This document shows, one piece after another, positions 1-9,125 of a stretch of 64,000 nucleotides of DNA. This DNA comes from an uncultured Poribacteria bacterium (GTDB lineage Bacteria > Poribacteria > WGA-4E > WGA-3G), in contig OY282383.1 of NCBI GenBank assembly GCA_958295855.1, forward strand, positions 183,178 through 247,177. The letters run 5' to 3'. The notes under the pieces are model-generated. The model had not been told where the DNA came from. It did not search any database and worked only from the letters and a program-made list of their open reading frames with translations. A program made the translations under genes and the position numbers. Each line of letters opens with the position of its first letter. Positions within the stretch are counted from its first letter, which is position 1.

Positions 1-80
1 AAAAATGCCGACCCCGCGAGGCCCCAAAATCCGCGTAATCCGTGTAATCCGCGTAAATCCGCGATTCAGACGAGAAGTTG
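1..80. repeat. Direct repeat copy A (about 75 bp; AAAAATGCCGACCCCGCGAGG...CCGCGTAATCCGTGTAATCCGCGTAAATCCGCGATTCAGACGA), left flank of the Rpn gene
   Basis: Near-identical copy at 1372-1450; shorter CCGCGTAATCCGCGATTCAGAC units recur at 1451-1530 and 3564-3604. Confidence 0.8.
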
Positions 81-81
81 G

Positions 82-110
82 TTGACATGACCGGCCATTC
101 TTGTTATACT
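82..110 (+). promoter_or_regulatory. Sigma70-type promoter: TTGACA (82-87), 17-bp spacer, TATACT (105-110)
   Basis: Consensus -35 and near-consensus -10 with ideal spacing, about 45 nt upstream of the Rpn ATG at 158. Confidence 0.6.
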
Positions 111-157
111 ATTTGTCTATGACAAAAAATCTACCAAACAAAGGAGATAACAAACAG

Positions 158-1243
158 ATGACTATAGAAACCGATGCGCGCGACCTGCTGCATTTTCTGA
201 CTGTGTCGGTTGAACACTTCCCAGACAGGAGTGCGCGCAAGTTGCTAGAAAATAAGGAAAACGTGCGGGGGTTGCTACAAATCCTCGCCGGGGACCTCGC
301 CGGGCAGATAGATTTTAGCCGGCTTGTGTCCCTGAACCGGAGTTTTATCCCGGACATGCTGCGGGAACAGGAGTCGGATCTCGTTTTTCAGGTGCCGTTT
401 ACCAGTCGTGCAGGCACCGATGATGAAGTACTGATCTATATCCTGATTGAACACCAATCGACGGTAGACCCGCTGATGGATTTCCGTGTGTTGTTTTACA
501 TGGTGCTGATTTGGGATGCACAACGCAGAGAGTGGGATCGGGACGATGTGCCGCGCGGTAAGCGTAAGTTACGTCCGATTCTGCCGATAGTCTTTTACAC
601 CGGGGAGCGGCGTTGGGAGCTCCCGCTGTCTCTGGATACGATGATGGACATTCCGGAGGAGCTGTCGCGGTTTGTTCCCCGATTTGACACACTGTTTCTG
701 AACGTCAAGGGGACGGATGCATCGGTGCTCACCGAAAACGATCATCCGTTTGGGTGGTTGATGACGGTTCTTCAAAAGGAGGGTGCTTCGCCTGAGACGC
801 TCAAGCGCGCGTTAATAGAGGCGATGGTGCACTTAGATTCGCTGGATGCGGCGCAAGCAGGTCAAAGGCGCGAGGCCATCCTGTATCTGCTGTCGCTGAT
901 ATTGTATCGTCGTCCGACAGCCGAGCACCAAGAACTTGTGAGGGTTGTAGACCGGCATACGCCGGACATGGAGGTAGAAACTATGGCGCAGTCGATGGCA
1001 GAGGTGCTGATAGAGCGTGGCATGGCACGCGGCATTGCGCAAGGTAAAGCAGAAGGGGAGACAGCGGCCAAACAGATGGCCCTCCTCAAACTGCTGCGGT
1101 TCCGTTTTGATCCCATTCCGCAGGCACTGACCCACCAGATTCGTTCAATCCGAAGCCTCGCCTTGCTTGATGCGCTCTTTGAACAAGTACTCGCTGCACA
1201 GACGCTTGAGGACATTAACTGGCAAAATCACAACGAAGGGTAG
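158..1243 (+). CDS. Rpn-family recombination-promoting nuclease / putative transposase (Transposase_31, PDDEXK_7-like)
   Basis: ORF 101..1243. Start moved to the ATG at 158 (AAGGAG upstream) because the ORF start at 101 overlaps the promoter. The Rpn/YhgA-like assignment rests on overall similarity of the conserved N-terminal block (about the first 150 aa) as recalled from memory. Alternative start at ATG 119. Confidence 0.6.
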   Translation: MTIETDARDLLHFLTVSVEHFPDRSARKLLENKENVRGLLQILAGDLAGQIDFSRLVSLNRSFIPDMLREQESDLVFQVPFTSRAGTDDEVLIYILIEHQSTVDPLMDFRVLFYMVLIWDAQRREWDRDDVPRGKRKLRPILPIVFYTGERRWELPLSLDTMMDIPEELSRFVPRFDTLFLNVKGTDASVLTENDHPFGWLMTVLQKEGASPETLKRALIEAMVHLDSLDAAQAGQRREAILYLLSLILYRRPTAEHQELVRVVDRHTPDMEVETMAQSMAEVLIERGMARGIAQGKAEGETAAKQMALLKLLRFRFDPIPQALTHQIRSIRSLALLDALFEQVLAAQTLEDINWQNHNEG

Positions 1244-1372
1244 GCACAAGGCCTACCCCTACAAAACAACCTTAGTCCCGTAGGGGCGGGGTTTCCCCGC
1301 CCGATTGGGCGAGTAGAGACACATGTCGCCTCGCTGGGGCTAAAGGGTAGGCACAAGGCCTACCCCTACAAA
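1240..1372. repeat. Two copies of the hairpin GGGTAGGCACAAGGCCTACCCCTACAAAA (at 1240-1268 and 1344-1372)
   Basis: Stem GGTAGGC/GCCTACC. Related to the GGGCAGGCACAAGGCACTGCCCCTAC family seen throughout the window. Located just after the Rpn stop codon. Confidence 0.8.
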
Positions 1373-1530
1373 AAATGCTGACCCGCGAGGCACCCCAAAA
1401 TCCGCGTAATCTGTGTAATCCGCGTAAATCCGCGATTCAGACGAAAAAAATCCGCGTACTTCTGTGTAATCCGCGTAAATCCGCGATTCAGAAGAGAAAA
1501 ATCCGCGATAATCCGTGATTCAGATGGGCA
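1372..1530. repeat. Direct repeat copy B plus two additional CCGCGTAATCCGCGATTCAGA units, right flank of the Rpn gene
   Basis: Matches positions 1-80 with a few substitutions. Confidence 0.8.
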
Positions 1531-1671
1531 CCCGAACCCGTTCGGGAAACTTTCTCGCACAAATTGTTGGAAAACTAAATAATTCTATCGGTTTTCCCTT
1601 GATAACTTAAAAATTGTTGTTACTTTTTGTCGAAAAATTCGTTAAACCTTTTAAGAGAAAGGAGGCAAACA

Positions 1672-2463
1672 ATGCTCGAACTGACACGGAAAGATATGGA
1701 ATTTTTCAAAACCGAAGGCTACTTGGTGAAACGAAAAGTGCTGGATGCGGAACTGATGGAACGAGCCCGGGCAAGACTGTGGGACAGCGCACCAACAGGA
1801 AGGTGTCGCGAAAATCCCGACACATGGGTGGGGCCCTTCAGACCGGAAGAGGAGAACCATGAAAAGTCAAATCACCGACGAGGCTTTCGATGGAACTTCC
1901 GGGAGCCCGGCGGCGAAGAATGGATGATCCGACTTCTCGCCACCGATCCAAATGTGTGGCACATGGCAGAGCAGCTTTTAGGCACGGGAAATCTTGTGCA
2001 ACCCGACCGTGTGCGCGGCATCTATTGCACCCTACCATACGGGGATGTGCCCAAAAAATCTATCGGGTGCCACGTTGACGCACATCCGTTCCATCTGGGG
2101 GCTGTCGGTTATATCGATGATGTTCCACCGGAAGGAGGCGGCTTTACTGTGTGGCCGGGAAGCCACCAGACCTTCTATTATGACTACCGTTCGCAGTACA
2201 AGAATGAGCCGACACCACAATATGATGTCGACAGGGAACGCATCAGCAGAGGCCCGGGCATTGAATGCTACGGCAATGCAGGTGACGTTGTGTTCTGGCA
2301 TCATCGTATCGGGCACGCTGCCGGGCATAATCACTCATGGCAGATTCGGCAGGCGGTACTGTACGATTTCAGAAAAACGGAGTTGGTGAAAACACAGGAA
2401 GAACCGCCTAACGAAGATATGTGGCAAGATTGGCCGGGGATTAAGGCGTTGGATTACGAGTAA
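1672..2463 (+). CDS. Phytanoyl-CoA dioxygenase (PhyH) family Fe(II)/2-oxoglutarate oxygenase
   Basis: ORF 1627..2463. HxD...H iron-binding pattern (CHVDAHP ... WHHRIGHAAGHN). AAGGAGG precedes the ATG at 1672. Confidence 0.6.
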   Translation: MLELTRKDMEFFKTEGYLVKRKVLDAELMERARARLWDSAPTGRCRENPDTWVGPFRPEEENHEKSNHRRGFRWNFREPGGEEWMIRLLATDPNVWHMAEQLLGTGNLVQPDRVRGIYCTLPYGDVPKKSIGCHVDAHPFHLGAVGYIDDVPPEGGGFTVWPGSHQTFYYDYRSQYKNEPTPQYDVDRERISRGPGIECYGNAGDVVFWHHRIGHAAGHNHSWQIRQAVLYDFRKTELVKTQEEPPNEDMWQDWPGIKALDYE

Positions 2464-2499
2464 TGGTAGGATTTCTCTCTCAACCCAAAAACGGGTGGC

Positions 2500-2560
2500 A
2501 GAGTGGCAGGGTGGCAGCCGCACTCTTCCACCCTTGCCCCCTTCCATTTTTTGTCAAGGC
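2500..2560. terminator. Putative bidirectional terminator (GGGTGGCAG...CCACCC stem followed by a T-run) between convergent genes
   Basis: Inverted repeat followed by CCATTTTTTG; lies between the + strand PhyH gene and the - strand isomerase gene. Confidence 0.35.
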
Positions 2561-2566
2561 TATCTG

Positions 2567-3388
2567 TCATCTTAGCCCCAACTCCTTCAACGTCTCCGCC
2601 ATCATGTCATAAGCAATCTGTGCCTTCTCCATTCGCATGTGCGGAAAGGTTTCCACCGAAATATACTTATCGTAGCCGCTCTTCCCTAAACTCGCTGCAA
2701 AGGTTCGGAAATCCAATTCATCACCCTCCTCGCCGGGAATCAGAAACGTGCTATATGGATACATACCCCTCACGCCTTTCACGTGGCAGTGCGCGGTGAG
2801 CGGTCCCAGCTTTTCAGTGACTTCGGCGATGTCCTCACCGAGGTGATAGAAATTGGTGATGTCGTTGAGCGCTTTGAGGGCATGGGATGCCACGTGCGCA
2901 ATTAGCAGTGTGACCTTCGACGGCGCGTCAATCGTCGTTGCCTCGTGGTTGTGGATGTTCATCGTAATGCCAAGTGCCTCAGCACGGCGGCAGAGCGGCT
3001 TTAGCACGTCAACGAGGAGTCGCCAGGCGAACGCGTCGCCATTGTCGCCACCATAGCCGGTGAGGAAGTTAACTCCGTGTGCACCGAGCGCAACTGCGAC
3101 ATCCTGAAGGAGGGCGTAGTGGTCCATCGCGCCCTGTTTGTCCTCCAGTGCCAATTGATACAAGCCTTTTCCGGTAAACGGATTAATCACGGAGACCTTT
3201 AATCCGTGGTCGGCTGTCCTGGCTTTGACCTCTTTGAGCAGGCTGTCCGTAACTTCGCCGGAGGGGATGTGGGCTTCGGGACCGCACATCATCTCAATTG
3301 CGTCGTAGCCGGCTTCGGAGAGAAGGGTGATAACTTCGTGTAGGCGGAGATCTTTCATCCCGCCAGCGTGATAAGAGATGCCGATCAT
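2567..3388 (-). CDS. Sugar phosphate isomerase/epimerase (xylose-isomerase-like TIM barrel)
   Basis: 273-aa ORF with family-typical His/Glu/Asp metal-ligand pattern. Confidence 0.55.
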   Translation of the reverse strand: MIGISYHAGGMKDLRLHEVITLLSEAGYDAIEMMCGPEAHIPSGEVTDSLLKEVKARTADHGLKVSVINPFTGKGLYQLALEDKQGAMDHYALLQDVAVALGAHGVNFLTGYGGDNGDAFAWRLLVDVLKPLCRRAEALGITMNIHNHEATTIDAPSKVTLLIAHVASHALKALNDITNFYHLGEDIAEVTEKLGPLTAHCHVKGVRGMYPYSTFLIPGEEGDELDFRTFAASLGKSGYDKYISVETFPHMRMEKAQIAYDMMAETLKELGLR

Positions 3389-3563
3389 TGGGGGTGTCTC
3401 CTTTCATTGCGTTGCGTGGCTATAAACATTTCGCCCCTAACGGGGCTAAAGATGTGAACTTGCTAAACAAAGGCGTGCTTACAAGCAGAAGTCGGCGCGC
3501 TTGACTCAGCATAAATAATTGCTAAGGCTATCAGAACAGTTGCCAATGCCTAAGACGCTCTTC

Positions 3564-3604
3564 TCCGCGTAATCCGCGTAATCCGCGTAATCCGCGATTC
3601 AGAC
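3564..3604. repeat. CCGCGTAATCCGCG (x3) ATTCAGAC repeat, same family as the Rpn-flanking repeats
   Basis: Direct sequence match to positions 30-76 and 1396-1530. Confidence 0.8.
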
Positions 3605-3610
3605 AATAGA

Positions 3611-3642
3611 GGTCACGGCACACGGAGTGTGCCTACTACCTT
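3611..3642. repeat. Hairpin module (GGTCACGGCACACGGAGTGTGCCTACTAC) overlapping the 3' end of the RM gene
   Basis: Same family as 14592-14702 and 47276-47392. In the gene's frame it encodes VVGTLRVP plus the stop codon. Confidence 0.8.
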
Positions 3643-6600
3643 AGGTAACCCTTCAATAACCTTCACCGTCTCTAAACTGACTGTGATTACCTGGCCAAGC
3701 AAACGGAGGATATACTCCCCATCATCATCGCGATTTGGGTCGTTGAGGATGCCGCTCCGTTTGTCTATTTTGACGCGGTACCCATCCACTACCCACTCCA
3801 ACGCTGAGCGGTTTCCTAACCGATACGCAAACACCTCCGCAGGGATGCCCGCTAATGTGAGGAAGTCGTTGTATTTCAACTGCGTTTTGTCTTTGGAGAG
3901 TTTCATTCTCTCTACCCGCCAATCTACCTGCATACCCGGCGTTTCAATCGGCTCGAGTTTGTCATATTCGGGCTGTGTCTCATAGTTGACGTGCAAATCT
4001 GCGAGCTGCGCCCCTGCCACCGCAAACGCCCAGAAGTCTTCGGCGAAGGGGATATGCGGTAAATCGCGCTTGAGATTTTCCTGATACCGCTCGCGATAGT
4101 CAGGATGGTGCAGGAGTCCGTAAGTATAGTGGAAGATGTCCCACTTGCTGATAGTGTTGTCTTGGTAGTGCGTGCGGAACTGCGCCAATGCCCACTCGGT
4201 GATGTTTTCTTGTCGGTTTGTGCCATCCTCATTGTAGGTGTAGAAAGGGAAGCATTGAGCACCACAACCTGGGCCTACAACATGACTATCTGTTAATTGG
4301 TTGCTCATAAGAATCATGAAAGGTTTTTCAGATCCTTTATCCGTTAGACAAATCACTTGATTTTCCGTTTCTGTCTCAGGTGTAGGAAAGATGGAGGGAA
4401 ACACATATACGCATTCGTTCATCATTCTATGAAAGTATAGGTGCGATTTTGTAAACGGGCGATAGAGTGAAAATCGCACATTTTCAGTTGAGAATTTAGC
4501 CAGTTTGCCCTGTCTCAAGTTTGACTTCAGGCTTCGGGTCCACTTGAGCTTCGTATCATCAATTTCTATAAAATCATTGACGTTGATGTTTCTGTCACTT
4601 CGTCGCTCCCATTTAGACACTTGCCCATTGTAAGTTTCCATCATCGCTTGCATATTTTCGGTAAGCGCCTTGAAATTAAAATTGTAAGTCCACGTGTCGC
4701 GATTCGTTATCACACCGAGGCTATAGGTTTTAAAAAGCGTTCCCTCCACATCCCCTTTGCTCGCCTTCGCCGCTTTGCTTCCTATCGGGATAAAGGTGTC
4801 AAAGTCGGAGTGAAGCCCTTCGGTGAGCCACGTATACCTTTTATCGGGTATCAACTCTTGCCACGCTACATCGCCTAAGTGCTGCTTTTCTTCCAAAAAC
4901 GCAAACGTCCGTTCTTTACTCCACACCGTCGTTTCACCGTTATAGAGAATTCGCACAGGCTGCCCTCGGTGCGGGTTTGATTTGACGAGGAGATTGATGC
5001 TCACCCCAACCTGAATCCCAAACACGTTGGAGTCCCCAGGCTGCCCTTTGCGGATGTTCCCACCTAAATCCAGAATATAGAGCGTGTCAAACTCATCGGC
5101 GAGATGGCGCCGCATGCCATCAAACGATCTTCCATCAATAAAACTGTGATTAGTGATAAAAACGATAATCCCTTCCGCTCCTAACTTATCCGTTGCCCAG
5201 CGGATTGCCTTGACGTACGGGTCATAAAGCGAATTTTTCAGTTGCGCGCTGGATGCTGCAGCGTACGTCGCGCGGACCCGCGCATCAACCGCCTCGTGCT
5301 GCCGATTCTTGTTGTTATCGTTTTCGTTTTTCTGTCCAGCATTGTAGGGCGGATTGCCAATGATAACAGTCATCGGTGTCGCTTTCTGCTCCTCAACCCG
5401 CTGTGTGTTTTCGGGCGTGAAATAGGCAAACTCCCCGGTTTCGTGCGGTGCATCCATCAGACCGAAGGTATCAAAAGTATCCACGAAGCAGATATGCGGG
5501 AACGGCTCGTAGGTGCCGGTTCTCTCAAAATAGGCGTGTTCAATGTTGAGACTGGCGATGTAGTAAGGGAGCAGCATCACTTCATTGCAGTGCAGTTCCT
5601 CGCGATATTTCTGCGGCAACCTTCTGCCCTGAATGTCTTGCATCAGGCGCACGATGAAGTTGCCAGTGCCGACGAACGGATCGATGATGTGCACACCCGT
5701 ATCTGATAGCGAACGCCCGAATTCTGTTTTGAGGAGATGCTCAACACTGTTCACCATGAAGTCCACAATCGGTTGTGGCGTATAGACGATGCCGTGTGTA
5801 TCTGCAACATCAGCGGAAAATCCCTGAAAGAACTGCTCGTAGACGGTGTTAAGGAAATGCTGTTTCTGTGAGTAGTCAGTGAGGGTCGCGGCGGTTTTCT
5901 CAATCGCAACGTAGAACGGATTCAAGGGACGGAGGAACTCGGAACGACTCAGGGAGCGGTGCGTGAGGATACGGATAACCTTCTCAATTTCAACGGCGAT
6001 GATGTTCCTGTTCGTAAAATCGGGATTGTCAAAGATGGTGCGAAAAATCCGCTCGGTGAGTAGGTGTTGGATGAGCATCTCCTCTACCTCTGCCGCAGTG
6101 AGGTTTGGGTTAATGGCCGCTTGGCACTGCCGATGGAAATTCGCAAACGCCTCCCGAAACGGGGGGTTATCTCGCCGCTCGCTTTGGATGCGCTTCGCGA
6201 CACCACGCCCAAGCACCGGCACTTTTTCTTTAAATTCTTCCACCGCTGCGTACCAATCGGCGATGTTTTCTTCCTGATACCCAAAGAAGGTGTCCAGCAG
6301 ATGGATAAGATTTTCCGGTTCGCTCACGTCTACATCAAGGCGGAGGGTGCCGTTTTGATAGAGGAGGGCATGGGTGGGCGATTGAATGATGATATTTTTG
6401 AACGGGTACCCGGCTTCCGATTTCTTCTGTGCTTCGGTGGGGAGAGCGTCTTGTGTATCTTTCGCTTCCCAATGTCCGTGTGGCAAGCCGAACGCATCGA
6501 CGACTTCGCCATCTAACCGGATGCGTCTGTTCTGTTTTGTGTGGCGTGTCTTTTCGCACACGAGAATGAGGTCTACCTGTCTGCAATAGTGTTGGAGGAG

Positions 6601-6720
6601 GTTTTGGAATGCGGTTCGGACAGCGCCTTCATGTTCTGCCCCGATTTTTGTGTATGCATCGAGTTCTGCGTAGTAGTTTTTGATTGGCTTGTGTGTCGGT
6701 TTGATGTTGAGTGCTGGCAT
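3613..6720 (-). CDS. Single-polypeptide Type IIL/IIG restriction-modification enzyme (MmeI-like): N-terminal PD-(D/E)xK nuclease plus gamma-class N6-adenine DNA methyltransferase
   Basis: 1035-aa ORF. D...EAK motif near the N-terminus, FxGxG motif I (DPFVGTGNF) preceding NPPY (GNPPYN), long C-terminal region consistent with a target-recognition domain. Confidence 0.6.
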   Translation of the reverse strand: MPALNIKPTHKPIKNYYAELDAYTKIGAEHEGAVRTAFQNLLQHYCRQVDLILVCEKTRHTKQNRRIRLDGEVVDAFGLPHGHWEAKDTQDALPTEAQKKSEAGYPFKNIIIQSPTHALLYQNGTLRLDVDVSEPENLIHLLDTFFGYQEENIADWYAAVEEFKEKVPVLGRGVAKRIQSERRDNPPFREAFANFHRQCQAAINPNLTAAEVEEMLIQHLLTERIFRTIFDNPDFTNRNIIAVEIEKVIRILTHRSLSRSEFLRPLNPFYVAIEKTAATLTDYSQKQHFLNTVYEQFFQGFSADVADTHGIVYTPQPIVDFMVNSVEHLLKTEFGRSLSDTGVHIIDPFVGTGNFIVRLMQDIQGRRLPQKYREELHCNEVMLLPYYIASLNIEHAYFERTGTYEPFPHICFVDTFDTFGLMDAPHETGEFAYFTPENTQRVEEQKATPMTVIIGNPPYNAGQKNENDNNKNRQHEAVDARVRATYAAASSAQLKNSLYDPYVKAIRWATDKLGAEGIIVFITNHSFIDGRSFDGMRRHLADEFDTLYILDLGGNIRKGQPGDSNVFGIQVGVSINLLVKSNPHRGQPVRILYNGETTVWSKERTFAFLEEKQHLGDVAWQELIPDKRYTWLTEGLHSDFDTFIPIGSKAAKASKGDVEGTLFKTYSLGVITNRDTWTYNFNFKALTENMQAMMETYNGQVSKWERRSDRNINVNDFIEIDDTKLKWTRSLKSNLRQGKLAKFSTENVRFSLYRPFTKSHLYFHRMMNECVYVFPSIFPTPETETENQVICLTDKGSEKPFMILMSNQLTDSHVVGPGCGAQCFPFYTYNEDGTNRQENITEWALAQFRTHYQDNTISKWDIFHYTYGLLHHPDYRERYQENLKRDLPHIPFAEDFWAFAVAGAQLADLHVNYETQPEYDKLEPIETPGMQVDWRVERMKLSKDKTQLKYNDFLTLAGIPAEVFAYRLGNRSALEWVVDGYRVKIDKRSGILNDPNRDDDGEYILRLLGQVITVSLETVKVIEGLPKVVGTLRVP

Positions 6721-6923
6721 AGTGTTTTCTCCGTGTGTTGTCGGTGATTGAATTTAGATAACGCGAATTATACACGGATTAGGGAAGAATTGCAAGGGAA
6801 AAATTCGTAGTTGCAAACTAAATATTTCTGTGGATTTTAGATAGAAATTATGTTATAATTTTTACTGAGGTCAACCGATTACCGAAAATTAAACACCCGT
6901 ATACACGAGAGGGAACCATTTGA

Positions 6924-7865
6924 ATGAAACAGATAAAGATTCCCGGAGTCAGTCAAGGGATTTCACAACTGATTCTGGGGAGCATGATGTATTCACCTGT
7001 GCGATTTGACTACAGCACGGAAATGCTTGACGCATTTTTTGATGCGGGCGGGAATGCCTTCGACACCGCGCATGGCTACGGCGGCGGTGCTAGTGAAATG
7101 CTAATCGGGCTTTGGATGCGCCAACGCGGTAACCGAGACGAGGTGTTTCTGATAGATAAAGGAGGACACCCACAGGGACGCGTCCCGCGCCCGCGCATTT
7201 CGCCTGAAGAACTAAAACGCGACCTCGATGAGAGCCTCATCCGGCTCAACACCGATTACATTGACCTTTATATGCTCCATCGAGACGACCCGGGCATCCC
7301 GGTGGGCACGATTATAGATTACTTGAACCAAGAGATAGGGGCGGGACGCATCCGCGCTATTGCTGCCTCTAACTGGGAACCGCAACGCATCATTGATGCC
7401 AATGCTTACGCTGCGGCACGCGAATTAAACGGATTTGTTGCTTGTAGCAATAACATTAGTTTGGCTGTACCCATGGAACCGATGTGGGGCGGGTGTGTGT
7501 GCGTTGACGATGCGGCACGCCGCTGGCATAAAGAGAGCCAATTTCCGTTGATGCCCTGGTCGTCTCAAGCACGCGGTTTCTTCAGCGGCGCGTTTACACC
7601 GGAGAACCGGGAGAACCAGGATATGGTGCGCGTCTATTACAACGACGACAACTTTGAACGGCTTGCCCGCGCAACAGAATTGGGCTCCAAATACGGCTAT
7701 TCCGCAATTCAGGTCTCGCTTGCTTATGCGTTGAATCTTCCCTTTCCGATTTTTCCAATTGTTGGCCCGGCAACCTTAGCGGAGCTGGACTCTTCCCTGG
7801 GCGCGGTGGCACTTGCGCTCTCTGATGATGAAATGGAGTGGCTGAACCTCGAGACCGAATTGTAA
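6924..7865 (+). CDS. Aldo/keto reductase family oxidoreductase
   Basis: 313-aa ORF with AKR-typical DTAHGYGGGASE and later family motifs. Confidence 0.65.
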   Translation: MKQIKIPGVSQGISQLILGSMMYSPVRFDYSTEMLDAFFDAGGNAFDTAHGYGGGASEMLIGLWMRQRGNRDEVFLIDKGGHPQGRVPRPRISPEELKRDLDESLIRLNTDYIDLYMLHRDDPGIPVGTIIDYLNQEIGAGRIRAIAASNWEPQRIIDANAYAAARELNGFVACSNNISLAVPMEPMWGGCVCVDDAARRWHKESQFPLMPWSSQARGFFSGAFTPENRENQDMVRVYYNDDNFERLARATELGSKYGYSAIQVSLAYALNLPFPIFPIVGPATLAELDSSLGAVALALSDDEMEWLNLETEL

Positions 7866-7978
7866 GGGTGGAGCCCCGTCTCCGCTCGCTCAGCGTTGCG
7901 TCCGAAGTCTCCAACGAGATTTCCACTGTATTTTAGACTTGGCCTGCAACCAAACACACAGCAAGGAGTGCTAGAAGA

Positions 7979-9067
7979 ATGAAAAACCGAATCTTTTACG
8001 CAATACTTATCCTTCAATTGCTTTTTCTCCCCAGCGTATATAATGTCTTTGCGCAAGAGAGCTGAGGTGCCTGAAGCAATCCCGCTATCCCTAGTGGTGG
8101 GATGGGTGAAGTCAGGTTGGCTTCAGAGGAAAACAAGAAATTTCAGGCAGATTTCAGTATGATGCGCTCGTTCGATGCACAAGGCGGACACTTAGAGACA
8201 AAAGGGATTTCCCCGGAAGGAGCCGTGATAGACGTGCCACTGCATCGACACCATGTCACGCTCAATATTTTTCGCGTTGATGTCGGGTTAAAGTATCACC
8301 TCAGGCCTCGGTGGAGGCTGGAAGCGAATGTATCCTACGAGACCAAAACCCAAGAGGCAACGATTGAGGAGATTAAGCAGGTCTCGCCCGCGCAGCGGGA
8401 AGCAATTTTGCATAATCAGAATAATCATCACCGAAGCGAAACCTACACTGGGCCCACAGATATGAATGTTTTGCTGGGGCATCAGGTGCAAGGGCTATTC
8501 AGGGAAAACGACTTTTTATTAGGGCGCATCGGGACAACAATTCCGCTTGGCAAAACCGAAGAAGATCCGTGGAAGTTAGGAGATGCAGGACTTGAGCATC
8601 TTCATATCCAGTTCGGCACCGGCACCTTTAACCCCATCGCAGATGTGCGTTATAGCCTGCCCGTTTACGGTGGGGTGGCAGCAGATGTGAGCCTCCGCGG
8701 GAAGTTACCCTTCTATGAAAACAGCAAAACCTATCGCGGTTCTCGGGAGGTTACCTATACAGCGGGGCTGAATTATCGCTTGAATGCCTGGCTTTCGTTG
8801 CGAACAAGCTACCTTGGATTTTATCAATCTTATGCATATTGGGCAGGGGAACGCGACATCAATACCGGACTCCGTTTCAGCATGGCATCGGTGGGGGCAT
8901 CCGTTGTGACTCCATACAACATCCCGCTGTCTATTACGTTTGTGCTGCCGTTGCAACAGGAGACGCTCTACGATGACAGCAACGCTTTTGTAGATGACAG
9001 ATATGAGGAAAGCGATGCCTTTGAACTCGGTCCCTTGGTATCGCTAACGGTCTCGTATCCATTTTAA
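7979..9067 (+). pseudogene. Possible disrupted gene: a 28-codon signal-peptide ORF (MKNRIFYAILILQLLFLPSVYNVFAQES) is in the same frame as the downstream 321-aa ORF but separated from it by two in-frame TGA codons (8063-8065 and 8072-8074)
   Basis: Frame arithmetic on the sequence. TGA is used as a genuine stop elsewhere in the window, for example the permease stop at 12456-12458. Confidence 0.4.
8102..9067 (+). CDS. Hypothetical secreted or outer-membrane-like protein (C-terminal ...VSYPF); lacks its own signal peptide as called
   Basis: 321-aa ORF with beta-rich composition and a C-terminal aromatic residue. The signal peptide lies upstream beyond two stop codons. Confidence 0.4.
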   Translation: MGEVRLASEENKKFQADFSMMRSFDAQGGHLETKGISPEGAVIDVPLHRHHVTLNIFRVDVGLKYHLRPRWRLEANVSYETKTQEATIEEIKQVSPAQREAILHNQNNHHRSETYTGPTDMNVLLGHQVQGLFRENDFLLGRIGTTIPLGKTEEDPWKLGDAGLEHLHIQFGTGTFNPIADVRYSLPVYGGVAADVSLRGKLPFYENSKTYRGSREVTYTAGLNYRLNAWLSLRTSYLGFYQSYAYWAGERDINTGLRFSMASVGASVVTPYNIPLSITFVLPLQQETLYDDSNAFVDDRYEESDAFELGPLVSLTVSYPF

Positions 9068-9125
9068 GATGAAGGATGTGCGCCTGTCCCATGCGCGATG
9101 AATTGCGCTACAAGGAGGATGCCAA

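Noticed and set aside
1366-1560. 64-aa ORF on the - strand
   Set aside because: Composed of the CCGCGTAATCCGCGATTCAGA repeat units (the peptide FTRITQ... repeats); it is a repeat artefact.
6811-6859. Possible promoter upstream of the aldo/keto reductase (TATAAT at 6854-6859 with TG-extended -10)
   Set aside because: There is no acceptable -35 at 16-19 bp spacing (TTGCAA is 37 bp away); too weak to report as a feature.
8063-8074. Selenocysteine or recoded UGA explaining the two in-frame TGA codons
   Set aside because: Two UGA codons three codons apart in a signal-peptide cleavage region, with no obvious SECIS hairpin, and TGA used as a true stop in neighbouring genes (e.g. the permease stop at 12456-12458); a pseudogene or sequencing error is more parsimonious.
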